In this document: positions 32,201-40,099 of the stretch, in pieces
Layout of the letters: each line of letters opens with the position of its first letter
Numbering within the stretch: the stretch's first letter is position 1
NCBI RefSeq assembly: GCF_031181185.1
Contig: NZ_JAPSKZ010000001.1
Coordinates: 1-55,634, forward strand
DNA: 55,634 bases
Source of the DNA: Phenylobacterium sp.
Lineage (GTDB): Bacteria; Pseudomonadota; Alphaproteobacteria; Caulobacterales; Caulobacteraceae
Direction: 5' to 3'
Notes under the pieces: generated by a model
What the model was told of the DNA's origin: nothing
Databases searched by the model: none
The model's input: the letters and a program-made list of their open reading frames with translations, nothing else
Position numbers and translations under genes: made by a program

Positions 32201-35200
32201 GGCAACTCCGGCGACAACACGCTGAACGGCGGGGCCGGCGCGGACGAGATCGAGACCGGGACCGGCAACGACAGCGTGACCGGGGGCGACGGGAACGACC
32301 TGGTCTTCGCCGAGCAGGCGAGCGGCCAGACCCTGACCGTCACCCTGGGCGCGGGCGTCGACACCATCGAGACCTCGGGGGCGCTGGCCGGGTCGGTCGT
32401 GGTCACCGACTTCGCGACCGGCGCCGGGGGCGACAAGGTCGACTTCGAGGACCTGATCGACCATCACGCGCCGGGCCTGCTGGACGGCGGGGCCAACCCG
32501 TTCGCGACCGGTCACCTGCGGCTGAGCCAGAGCGGCGGCGACACCCTGCTGCAGCTGGACGCCAACGGCGGCGGCGACAGCTGGGTGACGGTGATCACCT
32601 TCCAGAACACCACGGCGAGCGCGTTCACGGCCTACAACCTGGACGGCTACAATCCGACCGGAGCCATCGGCCAGACGGGCACGGCCGGCAACGACACGAT
32701 CGTCGGCGGCGTCGGCCCGGACACGCTGTCGGGCCTCGGCGGCAATGACGTGCTGGAAGGCGGCGGCGCGGCCGACCAGCTGCTGGGCGGCGACGGGAAC
32801 GACATCCTGCGCGGCCAGGACGCCAACGACAGCCTGTCGGGCGGCAGCGGCGCGGACCTGCTGGTCGGCGCGGCGGGCGACGACACGATGGACGGTGGCG
32901 CCGGCATCGACCGGGTCAGCTACGGCAACTCCGCCGTCGGCGTGACGGTGAACCTGACGACGGCGACGGGCCAGAACACCGTCGGCGAAGGCACGGACAC
33001 GCTGATCTCGATCGAGCACGTCACCGGCTCGAACGGCAGCGACAACATCACCGGCAACGACGGCGACAACTGGCTCTGGGGCCTCGACCAGGGGACCGAG
33101 ACCATCAACGGCGGCGGCGGCAATGACCTGGTGTTCGTGGGCGCCGGCGCGCATGTGCTGGATGGCGGCGCGGGGACCGGCGATACGCTGGGCTTCTACG
33201 CCATGAGCCTGGTTTACCCGATCCAGGTCTCGCTGGCCGCGCAAGGCGGCCCGCAGACCACGGGCAACGGCTCGATGACGCTCACGGGCTTCGAGAACCT
33301 GTCCGGCACCACCTGGGGCGGCGACACCCTGACGGGGGACGGCAATGCCAACGTGCTGGCCGGCTGGGGCGGCTCGGACGTCCTGTCGGGCGGCGGGGGC
33401 CATGACCGCCTGCTGGGCGACGGCGCGTTCTACACCGACGCCAACGGCGTGATCACGGCGTACGACGAGTACGCGATCCTGGCGAACCCGCCGTCCACGG
33501 TCACCTACAACGACACCCTGACGGGCGGCGGCGGCAACGACACCATCGTCGGCGGAGCCGGCGCGGACGTGGCCGTCTTCAGCGGCGCGCGCTCGGCCTA
33601 CACGATCAGCATCGCGGCCAACGGCGTCATCACCGTCACCCACAACAGCGGCGGCGCGGACGGCGTCGACACCCTGACCGGCGTCGAACTGCTGCAGTTC
33701 AGCGACGGGACGGTCGCGGCCGACGGCGGCGAGAACCTGACGGGCGGCAGCGGCGCCGACAGCTGGCAGGGCGGCAATGGCGCCGACACCTTCCAGGGCC
33801 AGGCGGGCGCGGACACGCTGTACGGCGGCGCGGGCAACGACAGCATTGCGGCCGGCGACGACAACGACACCGTGCGCGGCGAGGCCGGCGCCGACACCCT
33901 TTCGGGCGGCAACGGGACGGACCTGCTGACCGGCGGGGCCGGGAACGACTCGCTGGACGGCGGGGACGGCGTCGACCGTGCGTCGTACTTCGACGCGACC
34001 AACGGCGTGAACGTCAGCCTCGCGGCCACCGGCGCTCAAGTCACCGGCTGGGGGTCCGACACCCTGGTGTCGATCGAGCACCTGACCGGCTCGAACCACA
34101 ACGACACCCTGACGGGCAACGACGGCGACAACTGGATCTGGACGACCGGCGGCACGGACAGCGTTTCCGGCGGCAACGGCCACGACCTGCTGGCCGTCGG
34201 CTTCGGCGCCCACACCATCGCGGGCGGCGCGGGCAACGACACCCTGCTGCTCTACTCGGAGACGCTGCTGCCGAACGGCGCGGCGGTGAACCTGGGCCAC
34301 ACGACGGCGCAGAACACCTTCCAGGGCTCGATGACCATCACCGGCGTCGAGAACGTGGTCGGGACGATGATCGGCGCGGACACGCTCACGGGCGACGCCG
34401 CGGCCAATGTGCTGGGCGGCTGGGGTGGTTCGGACAGCCTGTCGGGCGGCGGCGGGAACGACCGCCTGCTGGGCGACGGTGTGATCTTCCCGAACGCGTC
34501 TGGGGTCATCACCACCTATGACGTCGACACTGACCCGACGATCGTCCAGGGCTCGGACACGCTGAACGGCGGGGCCGGAGCGGACACGTTGATCGGCGGC
34601 GGCGGCGGCGACCAGCTGAGCGGCGGCGCCGGCGACGACTCCATCGACGGCGGCGACGGCGTCGACGTGGCGGTCTATGCCGACGCGACGGCGGCGGTGA
34701 CGGTGAACCTCGCGACCGGCGTGGCCACGGGCGGGGCGGGTTCGGACACCCTGACGGGCGTCGAGAACCTGAACGGCTCGAACTTCGGCGACACGATCAC
34801 CGGTTCGACCGGCGCCAACAGCCTGTTCGCCGGCGGCGGCGCCGACACGGTGGCGGGCGGCGACGGCGATGACCTGCTGGCCGGTCAAGCCGGAGCCGAC
34901 GTCCTGCGCGGCGAAGTCGGCAACGACACGCTGAGCGGCGGGACGGAGAACGACCTGCTGATCGGGGGCGCCGGGAACGACAGCCTAGACGGCGGTCTGG
35001 GGATCGACACCGCATCCTACGCGGACGCCGGCGCGGCGGTCACCGCCAACCTTGCGACCGGTCAGGTCACGGTGGCTGGCCTGGGCACGGACACGTTGAC
35101 CAGCATCGAGGGCCTGATCGGCTCGAGCGACCACGACGCGCTGACCGGCGACGGCAATACGAACGTCCTGGAAGGCGGCGCCGGCAACGACACTCTGGAT

Positions 35201-37333
35201 GGTGGGGCCGGCAACGACCTGGCGTCCTACGCCGGGGCCAGCGCCGGGGTGAACATCGACCTGGCGCAGACGACGCAGACCGTCGCGGGGCTGGGCACGG
35301 ATACGTGGGTCAGCATCGAAGGCGTCATCGGTTCGGCCCACGCCGACACCCTGACCGCCGGCGCGGCCTCGGCCACCCTCGACGGGGGGGCCGGCGCGGA
35401 CCAGATCACGGTCGCCACAGCGTCGGGCCAGTCGGCGCGCGTCACCCTCGGCGCCGGCGCGGACACCTTGCGCCTCGACGCGAGCACCCGCGGCCTGGTC
35501 ACCACGACCGACTTCGAGGCGGGCGCGAGCGGCGACGTGCTGGACATCATGGCCGTCCTGCAGGCGCGGCTGCCGGCCTGGAACGGGACCGACAACCCCT
35601 TCGAGGAGGGCTATATCCGCCTCGTGCAGGACGGGACCGCGACGGTCATCCAGATCGACAACACCGCGACCGACGCCTGGACCGACTTCATGCGGCTGGA
35701 GAACACCAGCAGCCTGAGCATCACCGCGGCGAATCTCGGCCACGCGGCCCTCGTGCCGGCCGCCAAGATCGTCGGCGGCTCGAGCGGGGACGCGTTCGGC
35801 TGGACGCCGGACAGCCCGGCCGAGGAGGTCGACGGCGGCGCCGGCGTGGACGAGGTGGAAATCGAGGTTCCGACGATCACGATCTCGGACAACCCGACGA
35901 TCACCAAGGACGGCAACAACCTTGTCCTCGACCTGAACGGCGACGGCACGCCGGACCTGAAGATCACCAACGTCGAGGAACTGGTGATCAGCATCCTGAA
36001 GCTGATCCTGTCCGGCGACTTCTCGGGCACCGGCCTGGCGCAGGACACGATCCACTACGTCGGCGACGCCGGCGGCGTGCCCGAGGACAACACGCTCGAC
36101 GGCACGGCCATGACCTCGACGGAGTCGATCGACGCCAAGGGTCTCGCCGGCAAGGACACGCTGATCGGCGCCAACGGCAACGACCGGCTCGAAGGCGGCG
36201 ACGGCGAGGACAGCCTGTCCGGCCGCGGCGACAACGACACCCTGGTCGGCGGCGCCGGCAACGACGTCCTCGACGGCGGCGACGGCTCGGTCGACGTGGC
36301 GGTCTTCACGGGCAACCGGGCGGACTACACCGTCGTCAACGCGAGCGGCACCGTCACCGTCACCCACGTCGGCGGCGGCTCGGATGGCGTCGACACGCTC
36401 ACGAACATCGAGCGGCTGCAGTTCGCCGACATCACCACCGACGCCAGCGGCAACGCCCTCGGCGGCGGCGGCGATGGTGGCGGCGGCGGCGGCGGCGGCT
36501 CTCCGACGGCCGGCACCGCCGGTCCGGACATGGTGTTGCTGAGCGCCGGGGCCGAAAGCTTCCAGGCGGGCGGCGGCGCCGACACCGTTCACGCGGGCGA
36601 CGGCGACGACTTCGTCCACGGCAACACCGGCGACGACAGCCTCACGGGCGGCGGCGGCAACGACACGCTGCGCGGCGGCCAGGGCGCTGACGCGCTGCAG
36701 GGCGAGTCCGGTTCGGACCTGCTGTTCGGCGACCTGGGCGACGACCAGGTGTTCGGCGGCGCCGGCGACGACGTGATCGAGGGCGGCGACGGGGCGAACT
36801 TCCTGCGCGGCGGCGACGACAACGACGTCCTCCGCGGCGGGGCCGACTTCGACGACGCCCACGGCAACATCGGCAACGACACGGTGTCGGGCGGCGGCGG
36901 CGGCGACTGGGTCGTCGGCGGCCAGGGGCAGGACATGCTCTTCGGCGACGACGGCCACGACGTGGTCTACGGCAACCTGGGCGAGGACACCGTCAACGGC
37001 GGTGTCGGCAACGACTGGGTGCGCGGCGGCCAGGCGAACGACATCGTCAACGGCGGCGATGGCGACGACTGGCTGGCGGGCGACCGCGGCGACGACACGC
37101 TCTCGGGCGGCGCCGGCGCGGACCTGTTCCACAGCTTCGGCGAGGCGGGGATCGACCGCGTGCTGGACTTCAACTTCGCCCAAGGCGACCGGGTGAACCT
37201 CGTGGCCGGGACCACCTACACGGTGGCTCAGGCGGGCGCGGACACGGTCATCACCATGACTGGCGGCGCGCAGATGACGCTGGTGGGCGTGCAGCTTTCC
37301 AGCCTGACGGACGGCTGGATCACGGTGGGCTAG
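26258..37333 (+). CDS. Giant RTX/hemolysin-type Ca-binding repeat protein (~3690 aa), probable T1SS substrate/adhesin
   Basis: Very many GGxGxDxL nonapeptides, IENLTGS spacers, no signal peptide, C-terminal DRVLDF...GDRV...LVGV tail. Confidence 0.95.
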   Translation: MADFNGTPGADNHVGDGQDDLISGLAGNDTLDGAAGNDTLSGDEGNDRLLGEDGHDSISGGADTDYIRGGDGNDTLDGGAGRDQVTYFGAVGGVSVSLAAGTATGWGVDALSNIENLTGSNHNDTLVGDDGDNWIWATGGTDSIAGGGGNDLLHVGNGSHTVDGGDGVDTLGFYSETLTGPVNVTLANQSGPQNTLQGTMTLTGIENLSGVANLVGGDTLTGNDGANVLAGWDGADSLSGGDGADTLLGDGVIHPDVNGVVTVYQDDGANANDTLNGGNGVDTLVGGGGDDLLIAGLGADALDGGAGNDTANFAPAPAAVRVRLANGTVELWNGSTWTAHGTITGVENVVTGTADVWDALYGDGAANSLSAGGGHDALVGDGGNDTLRGGDGQDYLVGGAGDDVIDGGADIDRVSYTGAGAGVNVDLRIQGATQDTGGAGVDTLIGIEQVSGSSHNDTLTGDNGDNFISGGAGGSDSLAGGNGNDLVMVASGSHTADGGDGTDTFSLGFAAGGVAFSLAGGAGQVTGQGTITATNFENLAGSSYADTLTGDSNANLLAGDAGADSLAGGNGADTLLGDAYLYIDNPVENAGPITIFANGGNGADTLTGGGGNDTLDGGAGSDTATFSGARADYTVSVNGGTITVTHNNGGADGVDTLTNIEFLSFSDGVVDPNAPASGGTAGADSLAGTSGSDTLEGLAGNDTLDGGGGADSLAGGDNDDRLVGGAGADTMAGGAGSDTADYTTAGASVSVNLTTGVGAVYNGSTFVNEDTLSGIEHVVAGGGWDRLEGDGGANSLSGGAGHDGLYGHAGADTLVAGSEDDFLSGGAGDDILDGGAGLDRAAFSSGATTGVNVTLMTQGVAQNTNQGQDTLIGIEHVSGTIYNDTLAGNDGDNWVWGGSNGSGVTGNDSLSGGNGNDLLQVGNGNHTVDGGAGIDTLSFNGNPTETSNDVSGGVAVSLAVSSAQGSGGVTVTIVGASIENLSGSTHGDTLTGDAGANVLAGFAGNDSLVGGAGNDVLLGDGLTSPTNEVGNGGLIDTFDNESNGNDTVSGGDGNDDILGGDGNDNLAGDAGNDTISGGVGADTLLGGAGDDELEGDDGDDVLQTFGQGAASGVDQLRGGNGNDLLIAGNLTSVTGGVTTVASADFASTVLDGGAGLDYLGVNGQVFFQGELEDMEGISFLAFPTTTLPNGTVVSAAPPVLTMMSNAFDFNFGGSDSGDVTVRGNGQINIQMFAGEAFDMSGLVIEGGATVGIFIQGVSGADTITGSDYRDVIETGTGADSIVAGGGDDSILVGQGAGQTATVTMGGGRDAIIFTDEHDGVVVVTDFVAGDGGDDLVLEDFLAAYATGYTEGANPFASGHIRIHQNGPNTELQFDANGGGDAWTTIAVLQNTTVGSFHPSNFDGFDPTATASGTPTSGADSLTGTASGDNIDGLGGADTIAGQMGDDTLLGGEGNDNLAGGGGADSVSGGLGNDTLNGGADNDLIDGGDGVDMVVFGGNDPLTVNLSTTGPQTINAAHGTDTITNVENVGGSFGDDTIIGNSSANVLTGGATGNDSLSGADGDDLLFGGVGNDTMDGGDGVDFALYTDATGSVSVDLSASGPQMTGWGGQDTLVNVEAVVGGNFNDTLTGSTGANTLNGGAGDDLVVVQQASGQTLTATLGGGVDTIEIAATFAGAVVVTDFVAGAGGDVLDLEDLLDTTNWSEALNPFATGHLRLTQSGPDTLLQFDADGGGNSWTTIVTLQNTTASAFTAANFDEGFDPNFVSPTATSGNDSLVGTGGNDLIDGLAGDDTINGVAGLDSLVGGNGNDNLAGDGGADTLSGGLGNDTLNGGGGDDAVDGGDGVDMVVFGGNEALTVNLSTAGPQTINTAHGSDTITNVENVGGGFGNDTITGDSGANLLTGGATGHDILSGAGGNDLLFGGLGNDTLDGGDGLDFAVYSDATGSVVVDLSVSGAQNTGWGGQDTLISIEGVVGGNHNDILIGNSGDNTLNGGAGADEIETGTGNDSVTGGDGNDLVFAEQASGQTLTVTLGAGVDTIETSGALAGSVVVTDFATGAGGDKVDFEDLIDHHAPGLLDGGANPFATGHLRLSQSGGDTLLQLDANGGGDSWVTVITFQNTTASAFTAYNLDGYNPTGAIGQTGTAGNDTIVGGVGPDTLSGLGGNDVLEGGGAADQLLGGDGNDILRGQDANDSLSGGSGADLLVGAAGDDTMDGGAGIDRVSYGNSAVGVTVNLTTATGQNTVGEGTDTLISIEHVTGSNGSDNITGNDGDNWLWGLDQGTETINGGGGNDLVFVGAGAHVLDGGAGTGDTLGFYAMSLVYPIQVSLAAQGGPQTTGNGSMTLTGFENLSGTTWGGDTLTGDGNANVLAGWGGSDVLSGGGGHDRLLGDGAFYTDANGVITAYDEYAILANPPSTVTYNDTLTGGGGNDTIVGGAGADVAVFSGARSAYTISIAANGVITVTHNSGGADGVDTLTGVELLQFSDGTVAADGGENLTGGSGADSWQGGNGADTFQGQAGADTLYGGAGNDSIAAGDDNDTVRGEAGADTLSGGNGTDLLTGGAGNDSLDGGDGVDRASYFDATNGVNVSLAATGAQVTGWGSDTLVSIEHLTGSNHNDTLTGNDGDNWIWTTGGTDSVSGGNGHDLLAVGFGAHTIAGGAGNDTLLLYSETLLPNGAAVNLGHTTAQNTFQGSMTITGVENVVGTMIGADTLTGDAAANVLGGWGGSDSLSGGGGNDRLLGDGVIFPNASGVITTYDVDTDPTIVQGSDTLNGGAGADTLIGGGGGDQLSGGAGDDSIDGGDGVDVAVYADATAAVTVNLATGVATGGAGSDTLTGVENLNGSNFGDTITGSTGANSLFAGGGADTVAGGDGDDLLAGQAGADVLRGEVGNDTLSGGTENDLLIGGAGNDSLDGGLGIDTASYADAGAAVTANLATGQVTVAGLGTDTLTSIEGLIGSSDHDALTGDGNTNVLEGGAGNDTLDGGAGNDLASYAGASAGVNIDLAQTTQTVAGLGTDTWVSIEGVIGSAHADTLTAGAASATLDGGAGADQITVATASGQSARVTLGAGADTLRLDASTRGLVTTTDFEAGASGDVLDIMAVLQARLPAWNGTDNPFEEGYIRLVQDGTATVIQIDNTATDAWTDFMRLENTSSLSITAANLGHAALVPAAKIVGGSSGDAFGWTPDSPAEEVDGGAGVDEVEIEVPTITISDNPTITKDGNNLVLDLNGDGTPDLKITNVEELVISILKLILSGDFSGTGLAQDTIHYVGDAGGVPEDNTLDGTAMTSTESIDAKGLAGKDTLIGANGNDRLEGGDGEDSLSGRGDNDTLVGGAGNDVLDGGDGSVDVAVFTGNRADYTVVNASGTVTVTHVGGGSDGVDTLTNIERLQFADITTDASGNALGGGGDGGGGGGGGSPTAGTAGPDMVLLSAGAESFQAGGGADTVHAGDGDDFVHGNTGDDSLTGGGGNDTLRGGQGADALQGESGSDLLFGDLGDDQVFGGAGDDVIEGGDGANFLRGGDDNDVLRGGADFDDAHGNIGNDTVSGGGGGDWVVGGQGQDMLFGDDGHDVVYGNLGEDTVNGGVGNDWVRGGQANDIVNGGDGDDWLAGDRGDDTLSGGAGADLFHSFGEAGIDRVLDFNFAQGDRVNLVAGTTYTVAQAGADTVITMTGGAQMTLVGVQLSSLTDGWITVG
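30500..32660 (+). repeat. Tandem ~1059-bp internal duplication in RTX gene (ends approximate)
   Basis: GGCGTCGACATGGTGGT with ATG at 30731 and 31790; near-identical protein modules. Confidence 0.8.
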
Positions 37334-37340
37334 GGCTGAA

Positions 37341-37366
37341 GCGGCCGGGCGGCGACGCCCGGCCGC
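37341..37366. terminator. Hairpin between convergent RTX gene and small ORF
   Basis: GCGGCCGGGCG/CGCCCGGCCGC stem, weak U tail. Confidence 0.55.
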
Positions 37367-37373
37367 CCGCCTG

Positions 37374-37475
37374 TCAGATGGCGCCGGCCAGGACCGCCAG
37401 CAGGGCGATCGCCGAGGCGGTGAGGGCGAGGGTCTCCGGCACGCGGGACCAGCGGATCTCGTAACGCACACGCAT
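37374..37475 (-). CDS. 33-aa single-TM peptide MRVRYEIRWSRVPETLALTASAIALLAVLAGAI
   Basis: ATG..TGA, host-like GC3, basic N-terminus plus hydrophobic helix; below ORF-track cutoff. Confidence 0.55.
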   Translation of the reverse strand: MRVRYEIRWSRVPETLALTASAIALLAVLAGAI

Positions 37476-37502
37476 GGCTGCACTTCGACGCTTCAAGGAG
37501 TG

Positions 37503-37614
37503 CTCGTCACCCGGGCGATCGCGTCCTCGGGGGGGAGGGGTGAGACGCTTCGGGTGCGCGACGGGGGCGCGTCGCTGGCCCTAGCCCGGGTGACGAGAAC
37601 CGGCTCATCCAGTG
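37503..37614 (-). ncRNA. Y-shaped structured RNA with C-rich loops (sRNA or leader)
   Basis: 14-bp closing stem 37503-37516/37584-37597 enclosing two hairpins with C-rich loops; sigma70 promoter directly upstream. Confidence 0.55.
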
Positions 37615-37649
37615 GTTTCGTGTTTAGTTTAAACTGGACTCAGCGTCAA
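37608..37649 (-). promoter_or_regulatory. Sigma70-type promoter TTGACG-N17-TAAACA with overlapping inverted repeat
   Basis: -35 at 37649-37644, -10 at 37626-37621; TCCAGT (37608)/ACTGGA (37633). Confidence 0.6.
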
Positions 37650-37683
37650 GCGCGGATGCGGCCGGATTGCGCCCAAAACGACA

Positions 37684-37715
37684 GCGCTCCCCGCTCGGGG
37701 GAGAGCGGGGAGCGC
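37684..37715 (-). terminator. Terminator of 37747-38139 gene
   Basis: 13-bp stem followed by TGTCGTTTT on the minus strand. Confidence 0.7.
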
Positions 37716-37746
37716 CATCGGTCGGAGGCTAGGTTGAACCTGTGGC

Positions 37747-38139
37747 CTAGCAGGCGTAGCGGCGCTTCACGGTGACGTAGCCGCCCACGTAGGGATCCCA
37801 GAACCGCTCCTTGCGGGTGCAGGTCCGGTAGCCGTAACCGGGGCCGTAACCGTAGCTGGGCGCGTAGCCGTAGCCGTAGCCGTACCGCGGGGCGTAGCCA
37901 TAGCCGTAGCCGCGCGGGGCGTAGCCGTAGTTGTAGTAGCCGCGGCTGTTGCTGTTGCCGGCGAGGGCGGCGCCCAGGGCGAGGCCGGCGACGCCGGCCA
38001 CAATGGCGGCGGCCGCGGCGTCGTCGTTCCCGCGGCGATGATAGCGGCGATAGTCGCCGGCCTGGGCGGAACCGGCGGTCGCAGCTACGGCGGCCGCGGC
38101 GGTCACGCCGGCGAGAGAGGCGGTGAGGAACTTGCGCAT
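37747..38139 (-). CDS. Secreted Gly/Tyr-rich protein (BA14K-like architecture)
   Basis: Signal peptide, GxxGLALGA segment, YGYAP repeats, C..C terminal hairpin; AGGAGG RBS. Confidence 0.85.
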   Translation of the reverse strand: MRKFLTASLAGVTAAAAVAATAGSAQAGDYRRYHRRGNDDAAAAAIVAGVAGLALGAALAGNSNSRGYYNYGYAPRGYGYGYAPRYGYGYGYAPSYGYGPGYGYRTCTRKERFWDPYVGGYVTVKRRYAC

Positions 38140-38230
38140 GGACAGGGCCTCCTGATCTTGCAGGCCATGCTCCGCCTCGTCGCCTGAACCGCGGCTGAAC
38201 ACCGCAGTCAGGGTTTTGCGTGTTCGGCCG

Positions 38231-39904
38231 CTACTTCCGCTGGCTGCCAGTCTGGGCGCGTATCGGCTTCAGCTCGGAGCCTTCGTTCCAGTCGGGCCAG
38301 GCCCGCGAGTTGGCGAGATCGCGGCCGATCTCAAAGGCCAGGTTCACGTCGGCCGCGGCGCCCGAGTAGTCGTGCCACGGCTCCCACCGGTCGCAGGTCT
38401 GGTGGTAGCAGCGGGCGGTGAAGTCCTCGACCCACTTGTCCCCCTTGGCGCGGCCGCCGTCGACCACGTCCGGGCCGCCGGCCAGCGCCATCAACAACAG
38501 GGTCGGCACGCCGCGGCGGCCGAAGGAGAAGTGGTCGGCGCGGTAGTTCAGCGCGCGCTCGGGGCGCGGATCGGGCGTGACGGTCCGGCCGCGCTTGGCG
38601 GCGGCGGCCTTCAAGAGGTCCTCCAGCTGGTTCTGGCCCGAGCCGATCAGCACCACGTCGCGGGTCGGGCCCAGCGGGTGCAGGGTGTCGTAGGCGATGC
38701 TGGCGACCATCTTGCCGGCCGGATAGGGCGAGCCCTGGGCATAGAATTCCGAGCCCAGCAGGCCGCGCTCCTCGCCGGTCCACTGGGCGAAGAGGATGGT
38801 GCGCTCGGGGCGGGGGCCGGCCTTGAAGGCGCGGGCCGTCTCGATGACCGCGGCGACGCCGGTGGCGCTGTCCAGCGCGCCGGGGCGGATCGTGGCGCCC
38901 GCGGCGTCCGGCGCGCCGATCCCGTAGGCGTCCCAGTGCGAGGCGTACATGATCGTCTCGTCGGGATATCTCGAGCCTCGGATGGCGCCGACGACGTTGC
39001 GGCTCATCAGCTGGGTGAAGGCGTTCCTGTAGTCGGCGGAGAAGGTCGCGCCCTTCAGCGGCACGGGCCGGAAGGCGGCAGTGCGGGCGCGGGCCTTCTC
39101 GGCCTCGAAGTCGAGGCCTGCGGCCTTGAAGAGCTCGACGGTCAGGGGACGCTGGATCCAGCCCTGCAACAGGAGGCGGGCCGAGGCGGGGTCCTTGCGC
39201 ACCACGTCGTAGCTCTCGCCGCCGCTGGCCGCGACGACGCTCCACGGATAGGCGGCGCCGGCCGTCTCATGCACGATCAGGGCGCCCAGGGCCCCGCGCC
39301 GCACGGCCTCTTCATACTTGTAGGTCCAGCGGGCGTAGTAGGTGGCCGCGCGGCCGCCGAACTTGCCGGCGACGGCCTCGCCGTCCTTGGCCTCGAAGTC
39401 CGGGTCGTTGATCAGGAAGAGGGCGATTTTGCCCTTGAGGTCGACGCCTTTGAAGTCGTCCCAGCCACGCTCAGGCGCGGTGACGCCGTAGCCGACGAAG
39501 ACCAGCGGAGCGTCCTGGATCTGCACGCGCTCGACGGGGCGCTGGGTCTCGATGCGCAGGTCGGTCTGGGTCTGGAGGGCCTTCGACAGGCCCGGCGCCT
39601 TCAGGGCGTAGGTCCCGCCGGCTTGCGTCTGGAAGCGATAGAGCTGGACCTCCTGGGTGAAGGCGCCGTTGTCGCCGGCGGGCTCGAGGCCGAGCGCTCT
39701 GAACTGGGCGACCAGGTAGTCGATGGTCTTCGCCTCGCCGGGGCCGCCCGGCGCGCGGCCGGCGTAGGGGTCGCTGGCGAGCTCGCGGGTGATGTCCGAG
39801 ATCCGCTGGGCCGAGATGGGGCCGGTGTCGGGCGCCTGCTGCCGGGCGGCGGCGGGGGCGGCGGCGAGGACGGCCAGGGCGGCGAGCAAGCTGAGACGGC
39901 GCAT
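38231..39904 (-). CDS. M28-family metallopeptidase with PA domain
   Basis: SHWD, GALD, GEERGLLGS, RADHF, YH; LVFVGYG...WDDFKGVD PA insert. Confidence 0.93.
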   Translation of the reverse strand: MRRLSLLAALAVLAAAPAAARQQAPDTGPISAQRISDITRELASDPYAGRAPGGPGEAKTIDYLVAQFRALGLEPAGDNGAFTQEVQLYRFQTQAGGTYALKAPGLSKALQTQTDLRIETQRPVERVQIQDAPLVFVGYGVTAPERGWDDFKGVDLKGKIALFLINDPDFEAKDGEAVAGKFGGRAATYYARWTYKYEEAVRRGALGALIVHETAGAAYPWSVVAASGGESYDVVRKDPASARLLLQGWIQRPLTVELFKAAGLDFEAEKARARTAAFRPVPLKGATFSADYRNAFTQLMSRNVVGAIRGSRYPDETIMYASHWDAYGIGAPDAAGATIRPGALDSATGVAAVIETARAFKAGPRPERTILFAQWTGEERGLLGSEFYAQGSPYPAGKMVASIAYDTLHPLGPTRDVVLIGSGQNQLEDLLKAAAAKRGRTVTPDPRPERALNYRADHFSFGRRGVPTLLLMALAGGPDVVDGGRAKGDKWVEDFTARCYHQTCDRWEPWHDYSGAAADVNLAFEIGRDLANSRAWPDWNEGSELKPIRAQTGSQRK

Positions 39905-39942
39905 TTCCCCACCTTACCAATCTCGCGCGCAGGTCGAGGAGG

Positions 39943-39967
39943 GGAACCTATGCAGATTTTTGCGGTT
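39943..39967 (+). promoter_or_regulatory. EcfG-type promoter GGAAC-N16-GGTT
   Basis: Upstream of the 40100-42144 operon. Confidence 0.6.
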
Positions 39968-40099
39968 TTCGCCGCGCCCGGCCGGACCGATCGGCGTTCC
40001 GGCGCGTTAACCGGGAGCGTGCGGCGAAGGACGCTGCGCGCGGGGATTTCGCCTGCCCCAGCGTGGGTGGGACTGGCGTGCGGCTTGCGGAGAGTTTTC

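Noticed and set aside
29327-34888. 1853-aa minus-strand ORF and other long antisense ORFs over the RTX gene
   Set aside because: Shadow frames of a GC-rich repetitive gene; no recognisable motifs
37840-37940. CRISPR-like or VNTR repeat (GTAGCC runs)
   Set aside because: Coding Gly-Tyr repeats; no spacers or cas genes
38216-40099. N-terminal extension of the 886-aa ORF
   Set aside because: Antisense to the M28 peptidase; real start is ATG 40100 with RBS and promoter
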